Both the position numbers and the translations under genes were made by a program. A stretch of DNA of 53,781 nt from a virus (Duplodnaviria > Caudoviricetes), in the IMG/VR virus record IMGVR_UViG_3300025137_000003, positions 1-53,781 of that record; one strand, 5' to 3'. Below the pieces are notes generated by a model. The model did no database searches. It saw nothing but the letters and a program-made list of their open reading frames with translations, and was not told where the DNA came from. Below, piece by piece: positions 29,694-37,820 of this stretch (the stretch's first letter is position 1; each line of letters starts with the position of its first letter).

Positions 29694-30130
29694 TAAAACT
29701 CCTCCCCACCTTCAACGGCATCAAGCTCATCTCCATCACCAGACTTATAAGATACTAAGTCCAAGACTTGCATAGCTTGAAAGTCTAAACCTTTAAAGTC
29801 TCCGTACTTGTTTGAGGTTTCCCACTCATTGTACTGTACTTTAACATGACTGCCGTTTCCAATCAGTTCATCCATTGGCACCTTATCTTTATCAAAAAGC
29901 TTTGGTGCTTTCCTAACCATTCCACTCGGCCCATTGACCTTACGCTTAATAGTTATTGCTCTGCCGACAGGTTCATCTCCAATCGTGAGGTCTTTAACTT
30001 TAAATCCTCTCGCTTGAAAGTCATCTGCGACTTTATCTTCTATTACTAAATCAACTGTATATACAGGGTCAAAAGTCGTGTTAGGACTAGACGCTGAAAC
30101 CCAGTATGCTTTACCTTCTTGTATTGCCAT
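29693..30130 (-). CDS. T7 gp2.5-like single-stranded DNA-binding protein
   Basis: IGNGS.VKV, QAMQVLDLVSY, acidic tail ending in Phe; strong SD. Confidence 0.8.
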   Translation of the reverse strand: MAIQEGKAYWVSASSPNTTFDPVYTVDLVIEDKVADDFQARGFKVKDLTIGDEPVGRAITIKRKVNGPSGMVRKAPKLFDKDKVPMDELIGNGSHVKVQYNEWETSNKYGDFKGLDFQAMQVLDLVSYKSGDGDELDAVEGGEEF

Positions 30131-30164
30131 ATTAAATTCTCCTTTATTGGCTAGTTAAAATTAA

Positions 30165-30193
30165 ATTATACTACTAGTTTTGCTGTACTGCAA
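30165..30193 (-). promoter_or_regulatory. Sigma70-type promoter for the replication operon
   Basis: Minus strand TTGCAG-17 bp-TATAAT. Confidence 0.6.
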
Positions 30194-30380
30194 ACAAAAT
30201 ATCGTAGACTGTTGAGGTGCTTCTCTCTCCCAAGGTAATTTTAAATTCATCTTTACCTTTTAGATACTCAACTACATGGCCTCGGATAACATCAGGATTA
30301 TCCATGAGATACTCATTGAATGCAGTATAACCTTCAATGTCTAGGATACATTCTTCTGGACTTACTATCTTATACATCAT
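30174..30380 (-). CDS. Hypothetical protein
   Basis: ORF track 30174-30422; likely start MMYKIV just after the upstream stop. Confidence 0.55.
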   Translation of the reverse strand: MMYKIVSPEECILDIEGYTAFNEYLMDNPDVIRGHVVEYLKGKDEFKITLGERSTSTVYDILFAVQQN

Positions 30381-30382
30381 AG

Positions 30383-30619
30383 TTAAACTCCATGAGTCAT
30401 GTGTTCGTAAGCATCTGGACAATCATCAAGAGGTTCTCCGCACATACAGATATCCTCATCTCCATGGTCTACAAAGTGTTCGTTTGGTTCAGGTTCTTCT
30501 TCAACAGAATTATTATTCCAAACATCTACTATCATTTCATCTGTTGAGTCATCAATGTAAACAGTCTTTCCGTTTACAATAACATAACAACAATCTGCTG
30601 TTCTTACATCTACTATCAT
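30383..30619 (-). CDS. Small acidic Cys/His-containing protein
   Basis: 78 aa; CMCG...CPDAYEHM. Confidence 0.65.
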   Translation of the reverse strand: MIVDVRTADCCYVIVNGKTVYIDDSTDEMIVDVWNNNSVEEEPEPNEHFVDHGDEDICMCGEPLDDCPDAYEHMTHGV

Positions 30620-31374
30620 ACATTAATCCTAATGGGTAGCCTACAATCTGAGGCTTCTATGTTTTCATTATAGATAATAGCATCATCCAAATACACACGC
30701 AATGCTTTGAATAGTCTAGAGTTTGCTTTGCCTTCCATTATTTTGGCAGCAACTACTCTACCTTGGGATATATCATAAGCAATTACAAGCCTAACATCCC
30801 TGCTAAAAGTAATCTTAGTTATGTACTCGCCTAGGTTTACTGACCTATCTATACTAGGACACTCTCTAATTGTGTTGTCAACAACTATTGGCTCCCTAAT
30901 AGGAGCCTCTACTTCCTCAACAATATCTTCTCTTACTTCTACAATAGGTTCAGGAACTATTAACTCTCCTGTTAATACTCCAAAGCCTCCTGTTGCTGAA
31001 GTCTTTACCTCATCTATCTCTTCATATAACTCATTAAGCTTTCGTTCCGTTTCGTCTTGATGGTTCCGTGTCGCTTCGTCCTGCATATCTTTATACAATT
31101 CAAAAAAAACATCCATCTCATTTAGCCTCATGTCTAGTTCGCTTAGTCTTGATACTGCATTCCTGGTGAAAATAATATGCCTATCTAGTAGCTCATTCCG
31201 TTCCGTCATTGCGGCCTGTAGATTAGATAAAGAATTAACTTTCTTATCTAACTCATACATCTGCTGCCTTAACATTCTGGTATCATCATCAACCATCTTT
31301 AGCCCTGTATAAGTAAACAAAGCTAAAGCTCCTATCATTATTAAAAAAACAACTCTATTAATTATGCTTTTCAT
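30616..31374 (-). CDS. Membrane-anchored protein with coiled coil, Pro/Glu linker and TonB-C-like C-terminal domain
   Basis: N-terminal TM, VPEPIVEV...EAPIREP linker, VRLVIAYDISQGRVVAAKIMEG...RLFKAL...LPIRI. Confidence 0.5.
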   Translation of the reverse strand: MKSIINRVVFLIMIGALALFTYTGLKMVDDDTRMLRQQMYELDKKVNSLSNLQAAMTERNELLDRHIIFTRNAVSRLSELDMRLNEMDVFFELYKDMQDEATRNHQDETERKLNELYEEIDEVKTSATGGFGVLTGELIVPEPIVEVREDIVEEVEAPIREPIVVDNTIRECPSIDRSVNLGEYITKITFSRDVRLVIAYDISQGRVVAAKIMEGKANSRLFKALRVYLDDAIIYNENIEASDCRLPIRINV

Positions 31375-31525
31375 TTCTATTCTCCTTTTGTTTGCGTCTT
31401 GTTTTTATTTTATAGTCATCATCCATTGTTAGATATATGCCGTAAGTCGCAAACAACATACCTAATACAAAGATAAAGGTTAGTAAAAAGTTAAGGACAG
31501 TAGCCCCTTCAATAAAGATAATCAT
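31358..31525 (-). CDS. Small single-TM protein
   Basis: SD-preceded MIIFIEG..., hydrophobic helix, basic tail. Confidence 0.55.
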   Translation of the reverse strand: MIIFIEGATVLNFLLTFIFVLGMLFATYGIYLTMDDDYKIKTRRKQKENRNEKHN

Positions 31526-31788
31526 TTCACCACCCTTACAAGAGGCTTCAACTGAAAACCCCAAGCCCAATGTCCGTTGTCAAGATTAATGATTACATCT
31601 CTATCTTTTATTCTATTCCATTCTAGTTTATTAAACTCATCTCCTCTCTTGCTGTTAGGTTCATCACATAATGTAATGGTTCCGACAACTGCCCTTTCGT
31701 AGGGTTCAGTTCCCCAAGACCCTGCCCATAATACTGTGTCTCCTATACTAAGCATTCCATGGTGCCTTTCTTTCATACTCATACTCAT
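31522..31788 (-). CDS. Hypothetical protein
   Basis: ORF in a contiguous - strand run. Confidence 0.6.
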   Translation of the reverse strand: MSMSMKERHHGMLSIGDTVLWAGSWGTEPYERAVVGTITLCDEPNSKRGDEFNKLEWNRIKDRDVIINLDNGHWAWGFQLKPLVRVVK

Positions 31789-32035
31789 TCTCCATATTGT
31801 TTAAGTCTTTGTTAGACATAGCGTAATGGCTAATACTAACTAAGAACATTATTATTAAATCTTTAATTGGTGGCTCATCTAGTTCCACATAATTTAGCAT
31901 CTCTTCTAAAACAAATTCCTGTAGGTCATCCATTAAATCAGGACGCATCTTTTTTAATTCAGGTATCTCATCTATCTCTAGTATTATCCTATCAACAGAA
32001 TGTTCAACCCAACTATCGTGGCCTGTATTACTCAC
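31748..32035 (-). CDS. Hypothetical protein
   Basis: 95 aa with strong SD (aaggaggt). Confidence 0.65.
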   Translation of the reverse strand: MSNTGHDSWVEHSVDRIILEIDEIPELKKMRPDLMDDLQEFVLEEMLNYVELDEPPIKDLIIMFLVSISHYAMSNKDLNNMENEYEYERKAPWNA

Positions 32036-32156
32036 ATTGCACCTCCTTTAATTCTTCGTCAGTATATTTACCATCACAATTTAAGCAAAGACTAAGACCA
32101 CATTGTTCTTGCATTGCTCGTTCATCTTCTTTCCTTCCACATAATTCACAGTTCAT
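32028..32156 (-). CDS. Small Zn-finger-like protein (42 aa)
   Basis: CELC...CLNC; SD ggagg upstream of MNCELC. Confidence 0.55.
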   Translation of the reverse strand: MNCELCGRKEDERAMQEQCGLSLCLNCDGKYTDEELKEVQCE

Positions 32157-33162
32157 TACTCGCCTCCATATTTTTAAGTATATGCTTGATAACAGATACT
32201 GTCCATCCATTACCTAGCATGTGAAATCTTCTTGTATTACTAACGCCTTCTGTATATCCATCAGGAACAGTTTGTAATCTCTCTGCTTCAAGAGGAGTTA
32301 TACATCTCCAAAAAATCTTTTCATCTTTTATGTTGTCAGAAAACAAATCTGTTTGTATAGGTGGATAGGCCTCTGCCTCTCTTCCTTCTTCACAATTAAC
32401 TTTAGGTTTTCTATTACCTCCTCCGCATGTATTTAATGTAGGAGATTTACCAAGCCTACTATAAATTCTTTTTAATATATCGTGTCCGTTAATATCAGTA
32501 GCTGTCCCCACTCTTTGAGGAACTAGGGTCATGCCATTATTACCTGCACCTTTATACATAGAGGCTGACATACATAAAGCTTTCTCATGTTCTTCTTTAT
32601 GATGTTTGATATTTCGTTCCGTTAATTTTGTTGGCCTAGCTTGTGGTTCATCTTCTAGTATATCTTTAAGAAGAACACCTGACTCTGTAGGCTGAGTGAT
32701 ATTAGGAATGTTAGTCCAATAATATCTTTGTCTTGATTGGGCTGAAAGTTTAGAACTATTTATAAAGATAGGTTGAACACCTAAATACTCAGAGATAACA
32801 TCTAAACTTTCTTGTTTCATCCTTACATTTTCTAACAAAAAGTATTTAGGTTTTAATTCTTTTACTAACCTAACAAACTCAAAGAACAGTTTGCTCCTTG
32901 GGTCTTCAAAGTTTAATCTGTTTCCTGCAAAGCTAAATCCTTGACATGGACTGCCACCCATAATCAAATCTATTTGAGGTAAGTCTATTACTTTTAACTT
33001 TGAGATATCTCCTACTTGTATTGTATTAGGAAAGTTCTTTTGAGTTATCTGCATAGCATAAGTATCTATCTCGCTTGCATAATATTTATCTACCTTTATA
33101 CCTAATTGTTGTAGAGCAATTTGTCCACAACTCATTCCATCAAAGCAACTTAGTACATTCAT
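32146..33162 (-). CDS. DNA (cytosine-5)-methyltransferase
   Basis: LSCFDG, GGSPCQGFS, LLENV, Q.RQR.YW, ERLQTVPDGY, LGNGW. Confidence 0.93.
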   Translation of the reverse strand: MNVLSCFDGMSCGQIALQQLGIKVDKYYASEIDTYAMQITQKNFPNTIQVGDISKLKVIDLPQIDLIMGGSPCQGFSFAGNRLNFEDPRSKLFFEFVRLVKELKPKYFLLENVRMKQESLDVISEYLGVQPIFINSSKLSAQSRQRYYWTNIPNITQPTESGVLLKDILEDEPQARPTKLTERNIKHHKEEHEKALCMSASMYKGAGNNGMTLVPQRVGTATDINGHDILKRIYSRLGKSPTLNTCGGGNRKPKVNCEEGREAEAYPPIQTDLFSDNIKDEKIFWRCITPLEAERLQTVPDGYTEGVSNTRRFHMLGNGWTVSVIKHILKNMEASNEL

Positions 33163-33194
33163 TATTGTTCTCCATAAAAATAATTTGCCTATTA

Positions 33195-33223
33195 ATAGTA
33201 AAACAACTGTTGTTAATTTTCAA
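33195..33223 (-). promoter_or_regulatory. Sigma70-type promoter upstream of the methyltransferase
   Basis: Minus strand TTGAAA-17 bp-TACTAT. Confidence 0.55.
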
Positions 33224-33423
33224 GTCCTCTCTTATACTAACTATATAGTTCTTAATAACTCTATTAAGAAATCATAAAACCATTATTAAAAAACAAGAAG
33301 AAATTAATTAGAACTATATAGTCTTTATAGTTCATTCCTGGTATGGAGCTTGTCCCTCCTAATAGGCCGTCAATAGTTTTGCTGCAACATCAAACTATTA
33401 GCTCTCTATAAAGAAACAATAAG

Positions 33424-33452
33424 TTGACAAAATATTTCTGGTCTTTTATTAT
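33424..33452 (+). promoter_or_regulatory. Sigma70-type promoter for the small + strand cluster
   Basis: TTGACA-17 bp-TATTAT. Confidence 0.75.
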
Positions 33453-33484
33453 TTGTTTGTCTAACAAATTAAATGGAGAATATT

Positions 33485-33970
33485 ATGACAACATTAAAAG
33501 AATATGTAGGCGGTAATTTATTTATGCTACCGAATGATGAAGAGGGACAAGAGTGCCTTAGACTTATGAGGAAGTATGTAAACAGAAAGCTTATTAAAAC
33601 TATAAGAGCAAGAGGTAGAGGAAGTAGAACAGCACCTGCCTTAGCTAACGGAAGAAGTCCTAGAGCTTACGACCAAAGCTTACCATTAGAACATTCAGAA
33701 AGACTAAGTATCTACATGGACTATAAGGATGATGCACCCAACCATCTCAACAGTTCATATCTAAACAATCAGATATGGGAACAGAAAAAAAATATTAACA
33801 AACAAAGTCAATACATAAAAGACTTGGAACATAAGTTAGATGTTTTAATTTCTTGTGTTGATTTAGAGAAGTTAATGTCCGCAATGGAAAGAGAGATATC
33901 CTATAAAGAAAGGAATGGAAAGAGAGATGATATCATAAGAGATGTTTTTAGATTGGTAATGGAAGACTGA
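33485..33970 (+). CDS. Hypothetical early protein
   Basis: SD ggag before ATG 33485; downstream of a promoter. Confidence 0.7.
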   Translation: MTTLKEYVGGNLFMLPNDEEGQECLRLMRKYVNRKLIKTIRARGRGSRTAPALANGRSPRAYDQSLPLEHSERLSIYMDYKDDAPNHLNSSYLNNQIWEQKKNINKQSQYIKDLEHKLDVLISCVDLEKLMSAMEREISYKERNGKRDDIIRDVFRLVMED

Positions 33971-33972
33971 TT

Positions 33973-34170
33973 ATGCATATAGTATTTACAGAAACTAAAA
34001 GAATTATCATGGAAATAAAAGACCATGATTTACTACCGCCTGATTGGTTCAAAGATAGTGAGTATGAGTATGGGAATTGGTCAGACTGTGAAATTATTAA
34101 TGAGTTCAAAGAACTAGGAGATATAGTGCAAGAAGAAACATTAACATTAGACTTTGAAGGAGAGTGCTAG
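33973..34170 (+). CDS. Hypothetical protein
   Basis: 65 aa, contiguous operon. Confidence 0.6.
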   Translation: MHIVFTETKRIIMEIKDHDLLPPDWFKDSEYEYGNWSDCEIINEFKELGDIVQEETLTLDFEGEC

Positions 34171-34323
34171 ATGAACTACATAATTAAAATAGCACATGGC
34201 ACAGAATATTTTATAACCGCCAACACATTATTAGATTTATATAATCAATTAACAAAACTAAAATCAAAACATTGTTACTATGATGATGAGATAGTATCTA
34301 TAGAGGGGGTGTTAGATGAGTAA
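34171..34323 (+). CDS. Hypothetical protein (50 aa)
   Basis: SD ggag; fills the gap between flanking ORFs. Confidence 0.55.
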   Translation: MNYIIKIAHGTEYFITANTLLDLYNQLTKLKSKHCYYDDEIVSIEGVLDE

Positions 34324-34561
34324 AGTAATAACGATTGAGGCCTACTATCAACAAGCCGTTGGTTTTGATGTTGAGGACATGAACATTAAAGCAGAAGACA
34401 TAAGCGACTATTGGATTAAATGGGGTACTCTTTATATACAAACAAAAGATGGCACCACCCATGAGAAGGATGTAAGCATGGACTTTGAGGTAGATTGGAA
34501 GTGGCCTGAAGACACTAAACTATTTGATAAGAATTATAAAGAATTGATAGAGGGTGTTTAG
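34316..34561 (+). CDS. Hypothetical protein
   Basis: 81 aa with G-rich SD. Confidence 0.65.
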   Translation: MSKVITIEAYYQQAVGFDVEDMNIKAEDISDYWIKWGTLYIQTKDGTTHEKDVSMDFEVDWKWPEDTKLFDKNYKELIEGV

Positions 34562-34651
34562 TTCGTGCCGTCTTTGTGGTACTCGCACCATCTTGTCGTG
34601 CCGTCTTGGTGTGTGTGTTTAGTTTTCTGAATTGGCACTTTTTGTAGGCGT

Positions 34652-34689
34652 AAAAAAACCCTAAATTCTAAAAAGAAAATAGGGTTTTT
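34652..34689. terminator. Bidirectional intrinsic terminator between convergent genes
   Basis: aaaaaaacccta...tagggttttt stem with A and T tails. Confidence 0.75.
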
Positions 34690-34706
34690 CTGTTGGTCAA
34701 GCTAGA

Positions 34707-34976
34707 TTATCCGTTTAAATTTATTAGTTTATATTCTCCGCTTTTAATCTTTGCTTTAGTTTCTTTCGTTGTTTCATTTAAAAAAACATTTCTCCACCTT
34801 GAAGTGGTTCTTGAATAGTCCCAATAATACTCATCAAGATAAGTACCACCATCTGCAATCTTAACAATTATTGAAGAGTAGCTTTGGAAAAAGTAGCCTT
34901 CATCAGTATGTATTTCAAATTGGTTATTTATACTTCTATAATTATTAGGGTTAGTTATATTTTTAACTTTTATCAT
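34707..34976 (-). CDS. Hypothetical early protein
   Basis: 89 aa, SD aaggag; FQSYSS...WDYSRTTSR. Confidence 0.75.
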   Translation of the reverse strand: MIKVKNITNPNNYRSINNQFEIHTDEGYFFQSYSSIIVKIADGGTYLDEYYWDYSRTTSRWRNVFLNETTKETKAKIKSGEYKLINLNG

Positions 34977-34985
34977 AATATCTCC

Positions 34986-35141
34986 TTACTTGATTTTATT
35001 TAAAATAGTTAATACTTCATCAAGCTTTTCTTTTGGCATGCTGTTTAAAACATCTTCATTAAAAAGCTTAGGCGATTTAAAAAGTTGGGCTAGTTCTAAC
35101 CCCTCTCTTTTAGTTTCTTTTTGCGTTTCTTTTTGTGTCAT
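34986..35141 (-). CDS. Hypothetical early protein
   Basis: SD aaggag before MTQKETQK. Confidence 0.6.
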   Translation of the reverse strand: MTQKETQKETKREGLELAQLFKSPKLFNEDVLNSMPKEKLDEVLTILNKIK

Positions 35142-35197
35142 ATTATCTCCTTGATATATGTTATTAATTAGTCTTAACGATAACACGATTTATAGAC

Positions 35198-35223
35198 AAA
35201 AAAAAGCCCCTATAAAAGGGGCT
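35198..35223 (-). terminator. Intrinsic terminator
   Basis: agcccct/aggggct stem followed by a U-run on the minus strand. Confidence 0.8.
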
Positions 35224-35236
35224 AATTATTATTAGA

Positions 35237-35578
35237 TTATTGTGCGATTTGCTCCGCGTATTTTTCGTATAGCTTCTGACTTGCTTTCTCATCTCTTGCA
35301 TGAAGATTAAAAGCATTATTAATAGCGGTCTGCTCATTCTTTGCGGTTGGCTCTTTCTGTAGCTCTATAATAGAGGCTATAAGTTCGGCATATAGAAAAC
35401 CAATCTTTCCGTGTGCTTCGGCCTCTATATGTAATAAATCCTCTAACACTTCTAATTGTTCTCTGAGTTGCTCTAACACTCTATAATTCTCCATGTTGGT
35501 CTGCGTCTGCTCTAAGTGAGTTATATTATGGTGCATATCTTGTATGACTGCTCCGCTTGTCTTATCATTTTTTTTCAT
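35237..35578 (-). CDS. Hypothetical early protein
   Basis: 113 aa, SD ggaggt, own terminator. Confidence 0.75.
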   Translation of the reverse strand: MKKNDKTSGAVIQDMHHNITHLEQTQTNMENYRVLEQLREQLEVLEDLLHIEAEAHGKIGFLYAELIASIIELQKEPTAKNEQTAINNAFNLHARDEKASQKLYEKYAEQIAQ

Positions 35579-36189
35579 GTTGTTAATACCTCCAGGTATT
35601 TTTTTATTTGTTATATCACTATAACGGATGAATTATGAAAATGTTACAAATTAAATTAGTTATTTTTATTATTAGTTATTGCAGCTCTTTTTATAGCGGC
35701 CACCAAATCGCTTTTTTTTGGCCGTAATTACTACAAGTTTACAAGACCAGACGGAACAGAAAAGCAATAGAGACAAGACCAACAACAGCCACAGTTTAAA
35801 AAACTATCTAAGCCCTTATAAGTTGGGTTAATCTTTGAAGCCCTTTAGAGTTATAAAGTAATAATATAAATCCGTCTTGATTTCTTAAACTTTGTAAACT
35901 TGAAAGGATTAAATAGCTTTGAAGTCTTGCTTGTTTGTTTTGGGTTGGTCTGTTTAGTTCTTTGAAGTCTTGAAAGTCTAAAAAGTCTTGATTTCTTTAA
36001 TAGGCTTGATGGGGTAGGGAGGGTGCCAGGGGGTGCCATAGGGATATATGCACAATGTCATACATTTTACAGGATTTCCAGTTGTTAAGTAGGTATTTTA
36101 GGGCCGTACTTCCCACAGGCTCAGTAGGTGAGATAGGTTTGTGAGTGATGGGTCTGTATATACTATATAACCCGGCGACCATTAATGTC

Positions 36190-36218
36190 ATTATACAGTT
36201 GAGATAGAGTTTTGTCAA
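36190..36218 (-). promoter_or_regulatory. Perfect consensus sigma70 promoter firing leftward into non-coding DNA
   Basis: Minus strand TTGACA-17 bp-TATAAT. Confidence 0.8.
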
Positions 36219-36234
36219 TAGAAACTTGGAAAAC

Positions 36235-36262
36235 TTGACAAACTCTTTAGTGTCTCTATAAT
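36235..36262 (+). promoter_or_regulatory. Sigma70 promoter for the late operon (probably leaderless first gene)
   Basis: TTGACA-16 bp-TATAAT, with ATG 8 nt after the -10. Confidence 0.7.
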
Positions 36263-36269
36263 AATAAGC

Positions 36270-36689
36270 ATGAACAACTTACCTTCAGAACGAAAACTAA
36301 CGGATAAACAAGAAAAATTCTTGGAACATCTATTAGAAACTAAAGGTAACTTAAAACTTTCAGCAGAACTTGCAGGATACTCAGGAAATCACTATCAAGT
36401 ATTAAAATCTCTTAAAGAAGAAGTAGTAGACTTAGCCTCAAATGTACTTGCAAGGGAAGCACCCTCCGCAGCTTTTAAGTTAGTGGAGATAATGAATAGC
36501 GATAACGCTGTTCCACAAGCAAATGTAAAGTTACAGGCCGCCCAAACCTTATTGGATAGGGTAGGTGTTGTTAAAAGAGACAAGCTAGACATTAATCATA
36601 ATGTTTCAGGTGGAATCTTTATACTTCCTCAGAAAGAAACTGTAGATTTAGTTGCAGAAGAAGGGGATTATGAAGAGATACCTAGCTGA
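36270..36689 (+). CDS. Putative terminase small subunit
   Basis: LTDKQEKFL...SAELAGYS HTH-like start, AAQTLLDRVG, IFILP; first gene of the packaging block. Confidence 0.65.
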   Translation: MNNLPSERKLTDKQEKFLEHLLETKGNLKLSAELAGYSGNHYQVLKSLKEEVVDLASNVLAREAPSAAFKLVEIMNSDNAVPQANVKLQAAQTLLDRVGVVKRDKLDINHNVSGGIFILPQKETVDLVAEEGDYEEIPS

Positions 36690-36789
36690 TTGTTATAGTT
36701 TTTGTAAACAATATCCATTATGGGCTTTGGCCTTCTTTTTGTGTGGGTATTATATAGGCTTGACAATTAAATATTTATTAGTAAACTAA
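36670..36789 (+). CDS. Small membrane peptide (39 aa)
   Basis: SD-like aagggg; hydrophobic helix. Confidence 0.45.
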   Translation: MKRYLADCYSFCKQYPLWALAFFLCGYYIGLTIKYLLVN

Positions 36790-36966
36790 ATGTCTAGAGT
36801 ATTTGCAACAGAGTTTGAATTAGATGACCCTCGTATTGTCATGGGTCCTTTTATTAAAGCAGAATCTGTAGCAGAAGCAAAAACAGTAGCCTATAACTAT
36901 GGATTAATCATAGTTGGAGAAATTACTAATATATTACCAGAAGAAGAACCGAGGACTATACACTAA
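36790..36966 (+). CDS. Hypothetical protein (58 aa)
   Basis: Abuts neighbours on both sides. Confidence 0.55.
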   Translation: MSRVFATEFELDDPRIVMGPFIKAESVAEAKTVAYNYGLIIVGEITNILPEEEPRTIH

Positions 36967-37100
36967 TGGCAAAGAAAGGACTATACGCAAACATAAATGC
37001 TAGAAAGAAAAAAGGAATAAGTAGAAGTAAAAAGAAATCTACTATAACTAAGAAGGCTTACGACAATATGAAGAAAGGTTTTCCTAAGAAGAAAAAATAA
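36966..37100 (+). CDS. Very basic small protein (44 aa)
   Basis: MAKKGLYANINARKKKG...; TAATG overlaps at both ends. Confidence 0.65.
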   Translation: MAKKGLYANINARKKKGISRSKKKSTITKKAYDNMKKGFPKKKK

Positions 37101-37384
37101 TGCCTAGTAAAAAAGATTCAAGACTAGAAAGAGCAGGGGTAAGTGGTTATAATAAACCAAAGCGTACTCCTAAACACGCTACTAAGTCGCATGTTGTTGT
37201 GGCTAAGGTAGGTGATAAGGTTAAAACTATTAGGTTTGGCCAACAAGGTGTAAGTGGAGCAGGTAAAAGTCCTTCTTCCTCTTCGGAAAAGGCTAGACGA
37301 AAATCTTTTAAAGCTAGACATGCAAAGAATATTAGTAAAGGTAAAATGTCAGCAGCTTATTGGGCTAACAAAGTCAAATGGTAA
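37100..37384 (+). CDS. Small basic phage protein
   Basis: KTIRFGQQG...RRKSFKARH...SAAYWANKVKW. Confidence 0.75.
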   Translation: MPSKKDSRLERAGVSGYNKPKRTPKHATKSHVVVAKVGDKVKTIRFGQQGVSGAGKSPSSSSEKARRKSFKARHAKNISKGKMSAAYWANKVKW

Positions 37385-37393
37385 GCATAACTC

Positions 37394-37594
37394 ATGGGTA
37401 AACAACTAGGAAGCAACGATAAACCAGTTCTTATGTCAAGTAAGAAGAATAAAGGAAGAGTATATGCTCCTTCCTGGCATGGTGGTAAAGGTGCAGCTCC
37501 TAGGATTAACACACAATCCCAACAGTACAGAGATAATTGGGATTTAATTTTTGGAAAAAAAAATAAAGAGGTTAAAACCAAGTCGAAAGACTGA
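37394..37594 (+). CDS. Small basic protein
   Basis: GGKG..PR...YRDNWDLIFGK. Confidence 0.65.
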   Translation: MGKQLGSNDKPVLMSSKKNKGRVYAPSWHGGKGAAPRINTQSQQYRDNWDLIFGKKNKEVKTKSKD

Positions 37595-37674
37595 GTTATG
37601 CGTAAGAGGCTTCCTGGGATAGGACGCTTGCTTTCATCTAGGGCAAGCAATCTAGGAGGTCCAGCTTTTAAATT

Positions 37675-37818
37675 ATGATAAAGAAACTAAAAGAAATATA
37701 TTACAAACTACACAAGCTTATGAAGTCAGGTAGAGTTAATAAAGTCTCTAAGACAGTAGGTATACACAAACCTATTTTAAAAAAAGACGGAACTCCTGAC
37801 AAACGATATAAGAAATAA
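37675..37818 (+). CDS. Small basic protein (47 aa)
   Basis: Ends KKDGTPDKRYKK, 2 nt before the terL start. Confidence 0.55.
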   Translation: MIKKLKEIYYKLHKLMKSGRVNKVSKTVGIHKPILKKDGTPDKRYKK

Positions 37819-37820
37819 TC

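Noticed and set aside
35851-36218. ORFs 35851-36039 and 35997-36218 as genes
   Set aside because: No SD, translation reflects the short repeats and G-tracts, and the second starts on the promoter -35 box.
37575-37670. Hammerhead ribozyme
   Set aside because: GAAA and CUGA are present but not arranged as a CUGANGA...GAAA core.
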